A stretch of DNA of 44,098 nucleotides from a virus (taxonomy: Duplodnaviria; Caudoviricetes). Position 1 is the stretch's first letter; every line of letters starts with the position of its first letter. Positions 9,630 through 16,902 of this stretch are shown here, in pieces. The position numbers were made by a program, and so were the translations under genes. The stretch covers positions 1 to 44,098 of the IMG/VR virus record IMGVR_UViG_3300043218_000060; one strand, given 5' to 3'. The notes under the pieces were generated by a model that was not told the origin of the DNA, did no database searches, and saw only the letters and a list, made by a program, of their open reading frames with translations.

Positions 9630-9992
9630 TTACTCCTCCTCGTATACATTGACTTCATCGGCTAGGATTTTATTGTAAAGCCTTACCCTGTGCCATTCGG
9701 CTTTAGAGAAGTTAGGGGCATCGTCGTCATAGTACATGGCATCCGTAAAACTTAGCACAAGCTCATTACAGTGGTCTTTAACTTTATGCTTTAAGCTACA
9801 AGTAGAACAGTTTAACCTACCGTGGTTTTGTTTCCTCACTTCGTTGCAATGTCCACAGCCCCTTGCTATTGGCAAATCATCCCAACCTATACTGTTATCA
9901 AATGGCACCTTATCCCGCATCTTTTGCAAGATAAGCTTACCGCCCCATTTCTTCAACGATGCTGTATGGTTCTTCCTTGATATTTTGCTCAT
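9630..9992 (-). CDS. Cys-containing hypothetical protein
   Basis: CGHC and CSTC motifs; tightly packed in operon. Confidence 0.65.
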   Translation of the reverse strand: MSKISRKNHTASLKKWGGKLILQKMRDKVPFDNSIGWDDLPIARGCGHCNEVRKQNHGRLNCSTCSLKHKVKDHCNELVLSFTDAMYYDDDAPNFSKAEWHRVRLYNKILADEVNVYEEE

Positions 9993-10246
9993 GGTTGCTC
10001 CTTGTCCTGTACTCTATAATGTTCTTCTCTTCTTAAATCGTCTTCACGCCCTTGGCTGTCTGGGTATGAGCTTATATATTCACTGTCCCATTCTATTGTT
10101 GATTTCTTATAATTAGGGCTCATGTCATTATTGAAGCATTTTTCGCATATACCATAATCAACGTTTTTATCATGTATACAATATCCTGTCTCTTGACACT
10201 TACATACGAATCTTTTTTTATTTTGTTTTCTTGCTCTTCTGCCCAC
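9989..10246 (-). CDS. Cys-containing hypothetical protein
   Basis: CxC and CxxC motifs; 4-nt overlap with next gene. Confidence 0.6.
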   Translation of the reverse strand: MGRRARKQNKKRFVCKCQETGYCIHDKNVDYGICEKCFNNDMSPNYKKSTIEWDSEYISSYPDSQGREDDLRREEHYRVQDKEQP

Positions 10247-10247
10247 C

Positions 10248-10493
10248 CTACCTCTCCTCTATAATTGTTATAGCCCATTCATTGCTCGGTAAATAAATTA
10301 GCTTGTCTTTTTGCCAATTATCGCCATTTACCCGGCATCTTGAAACGGGGAACAGTTCATCTAACATGTTAAAGTCCTTTTCTGCAATGCCGTACACCAT
10401 CCCGCCTTTTGTTAAATGTTCCAATCTCATTCTGGTGCCGCTGTTAATTATCATTCTACCTCTCCCCCTCTTCGGTATCATCATGACCTTCAT
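10248..10493 (-). CDS. Hypothetical protein (probable start 10454)
   Basis: SD GAGAGG before MIINSG. Confidence 0.55.
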   Translation of the reverse strand: MKVMMIPKRGRGRMIINSGTRMRLEHLTKGGMVYGIAEKDFNMLDELFPVSRCRVNGDNWQKDKLIYLPSNEWAITIIEER

Positions 10494-10722
10494 AGACTAA
10501 TTCCGCGGCGGCGATCATCAACTCGCTTATCTTTTCATTTACTGTTTCGCCGGTTGTCAAGCCGCGCATAAATACGTCAAGGACATCAAACGTTTCGCTG
10601 CTGTAATTTCTCCTGTATAGCTCCATTATTTCTGGTTGGTGCTTATCTACCACATGAGCAAACTCTTCTTCGTGATCTGTTCCTTTATAATGGTCTCTTA
10701 TGGTTTTTAGGTTAAGTTGCAT
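10456..10722 (-). CDS. Hypothetical protein
   Basis: 88 aa, SD AAGGAG. Confidence 0.65.
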   Translation of the reverse strand: MQLNLKTIRDHYKGTDHEEEFAHVVDKHQPEIMELYRRNYSSETFDVLDVFMRGLTTGETVNEKISELMIAAAELVYEGHDDTEEGER

Positions 10723-10951
10723 TTTGGGGCTCCTTAAATATAAAGCTTTTCATCATTAATCTTCGGGCAGCTTTTACGTCTCCAACTGAATAACATTTTA
10801 TTATTTCTTGACATTCGCCTAGTTTATCAGATAGCTCTTGATTGAGTTTAATAAATCTATCGCAATGCTCTCTCAGTTTGTCGTTTTCTGCTAGGAGACC
10901 TTTTAAATAACTTTTACAATCTTTTTCTGACAGTTCATCTACGTTTATCAT
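10712..10951 (-). CDS. Small coiled-coil protein
   Basis: 79 aa, SD AGGAGAGG. Confidence 0.65.
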   Translation of the reverse strand: MINVDELSEKDCKSYLKGLLAENDKLREHCDRFIKLNQELSDKLGECQEIIKCYSVGDVKAARRLMMKSFIFKEPQNAT

Positions 10952-10967
10952 CTTTCCTCTCCTTTTA

Positions 10968-11045
10968 TGGTATCGGGGCGGCTAGGGGTTATCTTCATGC
11001 CCTTACCTTCTCCTAGACACTAGGTGCTGGCGGTTTACCGCCCCG
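10968..11045 (-). promoter_or_regulatory. Structured leader/RNA element carrying the sRNA-like 21-mer
   Basis: 9-bp outer stem 11045-11037/10982-10974; motif at 11034-11014; 3' ACCA. Confidence 0.6.
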
Positions 11046-11049
11046 TAAA

Positions 11050-11232
11050 TTATAGCTCCCTTATCTTAAACTCTGGGCATGTGCCCCTTGCCTTAACTGT
11101 TCTTCTTTTGCCCGAATTTTTCGGAATTAAACCACAACAATAAAGATAGTAATAGTCCTTACTATAACCAAAAAATTCTCTTCTGGTTTGTTCTACCCAA
11201 TGACAGTTTTTGCAATGTTGTTTCCTCTTCAC
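11050..11232 (-). CDS. Small Cys-rich (possible Fe-S/Zn) protein
   Basis: CKNCHW...CCG...GTCPEF. Confidence 0.6.
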   Translation of the reverse strand: MKRKQHCKNCHWVEQTRREFFGYSKDYYYLYCCGLIPKNSGKRRTVKARGTCPEFKIREL

Positions 11233-11438
11233 TCCGCCACCTCCGTGATGTTTACCTTGATGATCTCTAAAGCCTTTCTAATCTTTGTTGGTATTGTGCT
11301 AAGCATCCATTCTGCCACATCTTTTCCATCAAAAAAAGTGGCTTCACATAAGTAGCCATAAGAAAGCCTAGTAGGGCTTACGCTTATAAAATATATTTGT
11401 TTCCCTTTCTTTTTTCTCTTTATCGTATACACTATCAT
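11229..11438 (-). CDS. Hypothetical protein (probable paralog of 6805..7044)
   Basis: SD GGAGGAGG; shared motif pattern. Confidence 0.65.
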   Translation of the reverse strand: MIVYTIKRKKKGKQIYFISVSPTRLSYGYLCEATFFDGKDVAEWMLSTIPTKIRKALEIIKVNITEVAE

Positions 11439-11468
11439 GGCGATCCTCCTCCCTTTTTTATTTTACCT

Positions 11469-11684
11469 TCACGCCCCACCAAACATAGTTGACTGTCTAA
11501 ATGTACCCTCAATTTTAGATGCCGCCTCCCGAGCCGTACGGTTTACAATACAGCCTCTACAGTCAAAGGTGCAATCCTTACAAGCGCCCGCCTCGTTATC
11601 CTTTAAGGCCTTATGTAACGCCTTTAAGAGGCGGCGCATGTCAAGCGATCTGATCTTCTCTATGTTAAAGTTTGCGGTTTTCAT
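11469..11684 (-). CDS. Small Cys-rich protein
   Basis: CKDCTFDCRGC. Confidence 0.6.
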   Translation of the reverse strand: MKTANFNIEKIRSLDMRRLLKALHKALKDNEAGACKDCTFDCRGCIVNRTAREAASKIEGTFRQSTMFGGA

Positions 11685-11702
11685 GGTGTTAGTTTCCTTG
11701 GT

Positions 11703-11948
11703 TTATTTGTTTCTCATTAATTTAAGCATTGCTTGTTTTTCCTTCTCAATCGTTTCTTGGTCAATACCCAAATGCTCTGCTATCAAATCTTCTTTATTGG
11801 CGCTTAAGGGTTGATAGTATCGTCCCTTCTTTTCATCATACAAACAAATATACATGCTTTTTTCTTCAAACAACCAGCTTAAAAACTCTCCGATTGCTTG
11901 CGATTTGTCTACTACTTTTTCTAATTTTTCATGCTCTGGATATTCCAT
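11703..11948 (-). CDS. Hypothetical phage protein
   Basis: 81 aa, SD GGAGG. Confidence 0.7.
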   Translation of the reverse strand: MEYPEHEKLEKVVDKSQAIGEFLSWLFEEKSMYICLYDEKKGRYYQPLSANKEDLIAEHLGIDQETIEKEKQAMLKLMRNK

Positions 11949-12052
11949 ATTCCACCCTCCGTTCTGCTATTTTTTACTGTTCTACGCCTCGTTGATCTGT
12001 TCGGCTACCTTTATTTCATCTATTGCCCCCAATGCGTTTATTTATTGTTTAC

Positions 12053-12346
12053 CTACTCCCTTTCTTTGGCTTTATAATTACAAGGACTTGTATAGCATTT
12101 TCCTGATCCTATATAATTTTCACACTCCAAACATTTTAAAAGGGTTTCTTTTTCAAAGTGTTCAACCTCTCTGTCTTTACATTCGATTATGCAATTAATA
12201 CAACAACTGTCTGAAATTAAGTCAGGGTTACAATCACCACCTATATCATGCGCCCCACAGGTTAGAATCTCCTTTTTACATAAATGACATATTGATGGAC
12301 ATGGGTATTTCCCATTATTACGATAATCTTTGCATTTTTGTTTCAT
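12053..12346 (-). CDS. Very Cys-rich protein, first gene of leftward operon
   Basis: Multiple CxxC/CC clusters in 97 aa. Confidence 0.6.
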   Translation of the reverse strand: MKQKCKDYRNNGKYPCPSICHLCKKEILTCGAHDIGGDCNPDLISDSCCINCIIECKDREVEHFEKETLLKCLECENYIGSGKCYTSPCNYKAKERE

Positions 12347-12388
12347 TGTTGCCCCCGTGATTCAATATTTTACTGATTTACTCTATGT

Positions 12389-12419
12389 ATAGTATTACAC
12401 AGCCTTACACCCTTGTCAA
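12389..12419 (-). promoter_or_regulatory. Leftward early sigma70 promoter
   Basis: TTGACA at 12419-12414; -10 candidates AATACT (17 bp) or TACTAT (19 bp); TTACAC direct repeats in the spacer. Confidence 0.65.
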
Positions 12420-12454
12420 GTCTTTTTTATAAAATAAATAAAATAAAATAGTGC

Positions 12455-12483
12455 TTGACAAATAAGATGGGGTTTTGTATATT
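12455..12483 (+). promoter_or_regulatory. Rightward sigma70 promoter
   Basis: TTGACA-17 bp-TATATT with upstream AAAAT-repeat UP-like tract. Confidence 0.85.
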
Positions 12484-12490
12484 ATATTTT

Positions 12491-12706
12491 ATGAATAAAA
12501 AAAAGTTTGAAATACTAGAAAAGGTTTTCGCTGCTGAGATTTCTGGCGGGTTATATCAAGGCAAGAATCAAGCCATAAGAACGTTAGAAAAAGACGGATA
12601 CGTACAAGAAATTGAAAAAACATTAGGCACTGATCGTTTTGGGCTAATTAAAGTTAAAGGTTATGTAACCACCTTTAAAGGTAATTTTTATTATTGTACT
12701 AATTAA
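12491..12706 (+). CDS. Small protein, probably leaderless (71 aa)
   Basis: ATG 7 nt after the -10 box, no SD; the ORF-track start at 12455 lies in the -35 box. Confidence 0.6.
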   Translation: MNKKKFEILEKVFAAEISGGLYQGKNQAIRTLEKDGYVQEIEKTLGTDRFGLIKVKGYVTTFKGNFYYCTN

Positions 12707-12719
12707 GTTAAATAATATT

Positions 12720-12797
12720 GGGCGGGTGGAAGTCTATTAACGTGATAGGCACGGCAAACGTCGCGAGTCAATGCAGGTTCGAAGCCTGCCTCGCCCC
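12720..12797 (+). ncRNA. tRNA-like element (acceptor stem plus T arm, non-canonical D/anticodon region)
   Basis: GGGCGGG/CTCGCCC 7-bp stem; GCAGG-TTCGAAG-CCTGC T arm; 78 nt. Confidence 0.65.
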
Positions 12798-12815
12798 ACT
12801 CTACAAGGAGCTAAT

Positions 12816-13013
12816 ATGGATAAGCTATTTTATGTCAGTGAAATATCTAAAAAACTTAGATGCTCAGTACCAACAGTACATAAGTTGGTAGATGACGGCG
12901 AGTTAAAGGCTGTGAAGATCGGTGAGCGTGGTCTCAGAATAACCGAAGAGAGCCTTGAAAAGTTTTTAGATAGGAATGTTGTAATACCAGTTGAAAAACC
13001 AGAAGCCGTTTAG
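12816..13013 (+). CDS. Excisionase-like HTH DNA-binding protein (Cro position)
   Basis: VSEISKKLRCSVPTVHKLVDDGELKAVKIG...RI..ESL..F; SD AAGGAG. Confidence 0.88.
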   Translation: MDKLFYVSEISKKLRCSVPTVHKLVDDGELKAVKIGERGLRITEESLEKFLDRNVVIPVEKPEAV

Positions 13014-13021
13014 AGGTATCA

Positions 13022-13732
13022 ATGAGCGACAAGGGTTTTATTGTGCTATCTAACAAGGTTGTTAGAAGTGAGCGTCTTGACGTATATGAGAAGGCTCTTT
13101 TTAGCGTAATATTGTCATATAATGGGTGTGAAGATATATACCCCTCGCACACCACATTGTCTAAACAAACTGGCATGTCAAGAAGCCAAATAATAAGAAC
13201 ACAAAAGAAATTAGTTAAAAAAGGTTACTTAAAAGTGAAAAAAAGCCCCTCCTACAGGTCAAACCTATACAGCGTTACAGAGAAAGGTGTGTCTGACAGG
13301 AACATCAATGTGTCTGACAGCGACAGGGGGTGTGTCTCACAGACACAGGGGGGTGTGTCTCACAGCGACACTAATAATATAAGTATTAATAATATAAGTA
13401 TAAAAGAAAAGAAAAGTATAAAAGAAAAGTCGCCTGCTCGGAATAATGGATTACCTGGTTGGTTAGACAAAGAGATATGGGCTGAATGGATAAAATATCG
13501 CAAACAAAGAGGAAGCACTTTAACACCATCCACCATAAGCGCACAGCTTAAAAAGCTTGAGAAATATCAAAAGGATCATGTAAAAATAATTGAGCAATCT
13601 ATAGAACACGGTTGGATTAGGCTTGTTTACGAGTTAAAAGAGCAAGGTACTCGAAATAATCGAGGATCTGAACATAGACCATCAAACTTTATAGAAGCGG
13701 AGGAGGGGAAATATGACCATCTTGACGATTAA
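13022..13732 (+). CDS. Replication initiator (lambda O-like, N-terminal winged HTH)
   Basis: YPSHTTLSKQTGMSRSQI...L...GY, SNLY; internal iterons; C-terminal W..WIKYR...IEQSIEHGW domain; followed by loader. Confidence 0.88.
   Translation: MSDKGFIVLSNKVVRSERLDVYEKALFSVILSYNGCEDIYPSHTTLSKQTGMSRSQIIRTQKKLVKKGYLKVKKSPSYRSNLYSVTEKGVSDRNINVSDSDRGCVSQTQGGVSHSDTNNISINNISIKEKKSIKEKSPARNNGLPGWLDKEIWAEWIKYRKQRGSTLTPSTISAQLKKLEKYQKDHVKIIEQSIEHGWIRLVYELKEQGTRNNRGSEHRPSNFIEAEEGKYDHLDD
13288..13430 (+). repeat. Replication origin: four iterons plus AT-rich tract
   Basis: TGTGTCT(G/C)ACAG at 13288, 13309, 13331 and 13354, then repeated TAATAATATAAGTA and A-tracts. Confidence 0.85.
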
Positions 13733-14390
13733 GCCTGATGATTTCATGAATGCAGTAAAAAAAGCCGTCGAAAAAAAAGGTGAGGATTGCGGGCTTGAAG
13801 GCATAAACATGCGGATAAGCTGTCCGTTACGCTTTAAGGACGCGATACCTGAAACGCTTGATAAGCGGATCAAGGAGGTTATAACCAAGACAGCAGACAC
13901 TAAGAGCTTTTACTTGTATGGCAATATAGGCACTGGTAAGACCTATGCAGCATACGCGATAGCAAAGCTTTATTATGTCAATAGAATCGGTGTATGCGTA
14001 CACAGCTTCGTTGACTTGCTTAACGATATAAAAAGGAGCTTTGGGACACCTGATAGTGACAGCTACATTGACGTACTCTTATTTGATAAAGAGGTATTTA
14101 TCCTTGACGACCTGGGCGCGGAAAAGGTAACTGACTGGTCTTTAGAGATACTTTACCGGCTCATCAACAAACGATACGAAAGAATGATGCCAATAATAAT
14201 CACCTCAAACTTAACCCTTAAAGGGCTGTCTAAGAAGTACGGCGACCGGATCGCTTCTCGCATAACAGAGATGATGTCTGGTAACAGGGTAAAGTTCACC
14301 GGTAAGGATCGAAGGATGAAAGGCATGAGCATACCAGAAAGCTTTAAAACTTACAATGAAAAACACAACAAAAAAGTAACAGTAAAATAA
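13713..14390 (+). CDS. DnaC/IstB-like helicase loader ATPase
   Basis: LYGNIGTGKT, ILDDLGAE, IITSN, GDRIASRI.EM. Confidence 0.92.
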   Translation: MTILTIKPDDFMNAVKKAVEKKGEDCGLEGINMRISCPLRFKDAIPETLDKRIKEVITKTADTKSFYLYGNIGTGKTYAAYAIAKLYYVNRIGVCVHSFVDLLNDIKRSFGTPDSDSYIDVLLFDKEVFILDDLGAEKVTDWSLEILYRLINKRYERMMPIIITSNLTLKGLSKKYGDRIASRITEMMSGNRVKFTGKDRRMKGMSIPESFKTYNEKHNKKVTVK

Positions 14391-14393
14391 AAC

Positions 14394-14423
14394 TTGACAA
14401 AACAATACAATGTTTGGCATATT
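14394..14423 (+). promoter_or_regulatory. Putative promoter of the late/packaging operon
   Basis: TTGACA-18 bp-CATATT with a TG extension. Confidence 0.6.
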
Positions 14424-14455
14424 TATAATGCGTTTTTACATTTTTGTTGTAATTA

Positions 14456-14500
14456 GGAGGGAGATCAAAAGTTTCTGATATGTTCTTTTGATCTCTCCCC
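14456..14500 (+). promoter_or_regulatory. 13-bp leader hairpin
   Basis: GGGAGATCAAAAG/CTTTTGATCTCTC; no U-tract. Confidence 0.65.
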
Positions 14501-14519
14501 ACCCCTTAAAAGGTGATCG

Positions 14520-14948
14520 ATGGGTAATAAAAGCTCATGTAAGGTGTTTTTTCAGGATGGAAGAGGTCCGGTTAAAGAACCGTTTAGCGGTATAGAACAA
14601 AGGAATTACCAAAACAGAATAAAGCTACCCCCTGAGATGCAGGCGCTTCTTGACATCCTTAGGAACGATTTAAAGTGTTCAAGTCAATGTATTTTCCCAA
14701 AAAAAGTACAACCACACATACCCCATGCTATTGGAGCAGTTAAATCGTTCGGTGATGGGGATATATCGCGAGGGATCGATGAAGTGTACAACACTCTAAA
14801 AGAATCAAAGAGCCTGTCTGAAAGTATCAAATATGGTAAAAGAATCGCATTTAAAACGTTTATAATCGTTGTTGTAACCACAACCTTAGCAATTTTAAGT
14901 TGGGGGTTTATTGTTGAGATAGTTAGAAAAGCGAAAGGGATAGGGTAA
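14520..14948 (+). CDS. Membrane protein with C-terminal TM helix (possible holin-like)
   Basis: FIIVVVTTTLAILSWGFIV followed by a basic tail. Confidence 0.55.
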   Translation: MGNKSSCKVFFQDGRGPVKEPFSGIEQRNYQNRIKLPPEMQALLDILRNDLKCSSQCIFPKKVQPHIPHAIGAVKSFGDGDISRGIDEVYNTLKESKSLSESIKYGKRIAFKTFIIVVVTTTLAILSWGFIVEIVRKAKGIG

Positions 14949-14953
14949 GAAAA

Positions 14954-15394
14954 ATGTCGAAGACGATAATCAACAGTGATAAAAGGAAGGTTGAGAAGAA
15001 GATCGCGGATAGAACTAAGAAGCATCCAGGTGGTAGACCGACAAAAATGACTCCTGAGGTGCTTAACAAACTTGAGGATGCGTATTTATGTGACGCGACT
15101 CATCTGCAAGCCGCTACTTATGCAGGGATTAGCGAGCCGACGCTACATGATTATAAGAATAAACACCCTGAGTTTTCTAAGCGAATTGAGGACCTTAGGG
15201 GAATGACGACATTTAAAGCAAAGCTGAATATTAAGAAAGCAATAGATGGTGGTGACAAAAATGATTCAAAGTGGCACCTAGAACGGCGCGATCCTGAATA
15301 TCAACCCAAGTCAAAGCAAGAGGTTACTATAGGCGCACACAAGAGCCTTATTGACGCTATAATAGCCGCTAAGAACGGTAAAGGAGATAAATAA
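14954..15394 (+). CDS. terS: Terminase small subunit
   Basis: GGRPTKMTPE...AATYAGIS..TL HTH, W.LERR; upstream of terL. Confidence 0.8.
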   Translation: MSKTIINSDKRKVEKKIADRTKKHPGGRPTKMTPEVLNKLEDAYLCDATHLQAATYAGISEPTLHDYKNKHPEFSKRIEDLRGMTTFKAKLNIKKAIDGGDKNDSKWHLERRDPEYQPKSKQEVTIGAHKSLIDAIIAAKNGKGDK

Positions 15395-15669
15395 TGGCTA
15401 CAATATTAAACGTATTCAAGTATTTAGGGCTGGTTATAAGAATATTGAGGGTGGTTGACGCTGTGTATCCGCAGATTGAAGCGATTATCGAGGTGAACAA
15501 GGAGTCTACAAAGCAAATATCAGGCAGGCAAAAGAAGCTGAACGTAAAGGAAAGGTTGTTAAAAAGGGAGCGCATAGCTAAAGAGTTTAACCATAAAGGG
15601 CTTGAGAATACGATTGAAAGGGCGGTAGAGCTTATGAATGAAGTCAAGGTATATGGGAACACGACATGA
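15394..15669 (+). CDS. Hypothetical protein (possible holin-like)
   Basis: Hydrophobic/amphipathic N-terminus, SG..KK..V and IE.AV pattern. Confidence 0.5.
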   Translation: MATILNVFKYLGLVIRILRVVDAVYPQIEAIIEVNKESTKQISGRQKKLNVKERLLKRERIAKEFNHKGLENTIERAVELMNEVKVYGNTT

Positions 15670-15950
15670 GGTCATGGTTTAAACTGACAATCCCAAAAGG
15701 GAAGCGGCGCAAGAGAGCGCATAAGAAATTCTTAAAGAAGTCCGGTACGTGGGATTGGTTGCGTGAATGTGAAAAGCAAGTGGAGTTTAAATTTAAAGAG
15801 GATAAGATGTATGATAAGATTAACAATATGTATTCAGAATTAGCGGTTAATGGATTTGTAGCGCTTGGCGATAAGAAGCTTATATGGAACAATCCACAGT
15901 CATTACCAGACATTGATTTTAGTAAACGCTTGGGAGTCCCTAATGCCTAA
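15666..15950 (+). CDS. Hypothetical protein
   Basis: 94 aa, ATGA overlap. Confidence 0.55.
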   Translation: MRSWFKLTIPKGKRRKRAHKKFLKKSGTWDWLRECEKQVEFKFKEDKMYDKINNMYSELAVNGFVALGDKKLIWNNPQSLPDIDFSKRLGVPNA

Positions 15951-16080
15951 AGCCAAGTACATGAAGCCGAGGGTGAAAAGCGTTAGAGATGGAAGCTTTC
16001 ATAAAAAATGGAAGGAAACATATCTTTATATCTCAACAACGAAGCTATTTGATGATTATAAAAGAGGGATTGTAAACTAA
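15943..16080 (+). CDS. Small basic protein (45 aa)
   Basis: SD GGGAG before MPKAKY; TAATG coupling to next gene. Confidence 0.5.
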   Translation: MPKAKYMKPRVKSVRDGSFHKKWKETYLYISTTKLFDDYKRGIVN

Positions 16081-16427
16081 TGCCACAGATGATGAAAAGA
16101 TCAGAGTGTATGAAGAGAAACGTTGCAAGCTTTAATAGCTTAGAAGATAAACAAATTTGCGGTAGTTGTAGAAAAGAACTAAATGAGGGCGAAGACGTAT
16201 ATTATGTTTTGTTTAATTTTAGATTTGAACCAGGAGTTGACAAGCACCTCCTAGGGCCCAAGTATGGTAATGTCGCTAATGAAATAATTGGTCATTTCAG
16301 ATGTATTCATCGAATATATCAAGAAATAAGAGAAGTTCAACATGCCTTCTTTACTAAAGAGGATGAGCATCATAAAACGGCCAGGATAGAAGTTAATAGA
16401 CGACATAAACAAGGAGCATCGCATTGA
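16080..16427 (+). CDS. Putative zinc-binding protein
   Basis: CGSC...H..C. Confidence 0.6.
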   Translation: MPQMMKRSECMKRNVASFNSLEDKQICGSCRKELNEGEDVYYVLFNFRFEPGVDKHLLGPKYGNVANEIIGHFRCIHRIYQEIREVQHAFFTKEDEHHKTARIEVNRRHKQGASH

Positions 16428-16576
16428 GTGCTGAGTTGATAGATAAGTGGTTTAAAGCTAAAGAAAAGCAGAATAAACCGCAAAACATCAACTGCACTTG
16501 CGGTAAAAAGGTGGCAGAGAAGAAGGGTAACAAGCTATTTATTAAGTGTAAATGTAAGCACGTGGTGGAGGTGTAG
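16424..16576 (+). CDS. Com-like zinc-finger regulator (50 aa)
   Basis: Absent from the ORF track; TTG start, SD AGGAG; INCTCGKKVAE...LFIKCKCKHV resembles the phage Mu Com family. Confidence 0.7.
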   Translation: MSAELIDKWFKAKEKQNKPQNINCTCGKKVAEKKGNKLFIKCKCKHVVEV

Positions 16577-16579
16577 AAA

Positions 16580-16819
16580 ATGGGCTCAGGGTTTGACTTA
16601 AAAACAACTTTCAAAGAGTGGTTATTAGCACCTAGTTCAAGAAGAGCATCGTCTTTACATAATGTTTATGTTAAGGTTGGGGGCGGGAAACAGGTAGAGA
16701 TGAGCAAGAAAGACTTGAATATGATGTGTGATAAATATGGTGTAGAATTCCATCACATTGGAAGTATTGTAATTAAAAAACACAAGGAGTTAGGGATAAA
16801 TAGAAAATTAACAGTTTAA
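16580..16819 (+). CDS. Hypothetical protein
   Basis: 79 aa, SD GGAGGTG. Confidence 0.6.
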   Translation: MGSGFDLKTTFKEWLLAPSSRRASSLHNVYVKVGGGKQVEMSKKDLNMMCDKYGVEFHHIGSIVIKKHKELGINRKLTV

Positions 16820-16834
16820 CAACTAAATAAAAAA

Positions 16835-16862
16835 GAGACCAGAGTACCAGAGACCAGAGTCC
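16835..16862 (+). repeat. Four tandem GAG-N1-2-CC boxes (candidate Com-type RNA binding site)
   Basis: GAGACC-A-GAGTACC-A-GAGACC-A-GAGTCC. Confidence 0.75.
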
Positions 16863-16896
16863 GACACTTAGCAGTAACGAGTGATCGGGCTTTTTT
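16858..16896 (+). terminator. Intrinsic terminator/attenuator upstream of terL
   Basis: AGTCCGACACTT...GAGTG(A)TCGGGCT stem followed by a T tract. Confidence 0.75.
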
Positions 16897-16902
16897 ATTG
16901 GA

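Noticed and set aside
11049-11077. Own promoter for the 11 kb RNA element (TATAAT)
   Set aside because: No -35 or TG extension, and it overlaps the upstream stop codon
11960-12050. ATG-AAA-TAA minigene (similar ATG-ATG-AAA-TAG near 4400)
   Set aside because: Weak SDs; another frame looks like a decayed gene remnant; easily arises by chance
12455-12815. ORF-track starts at 12455 and 12771
   Set aside because: They lie in the -35 box and at the tRNA-like T arm; better starts are 12491 and 12816
16835-16862. Simple microsatellite or CRISPR array
   Set aside because: Units are 6-7 nt with no spacers and are positioned on a terminator arm
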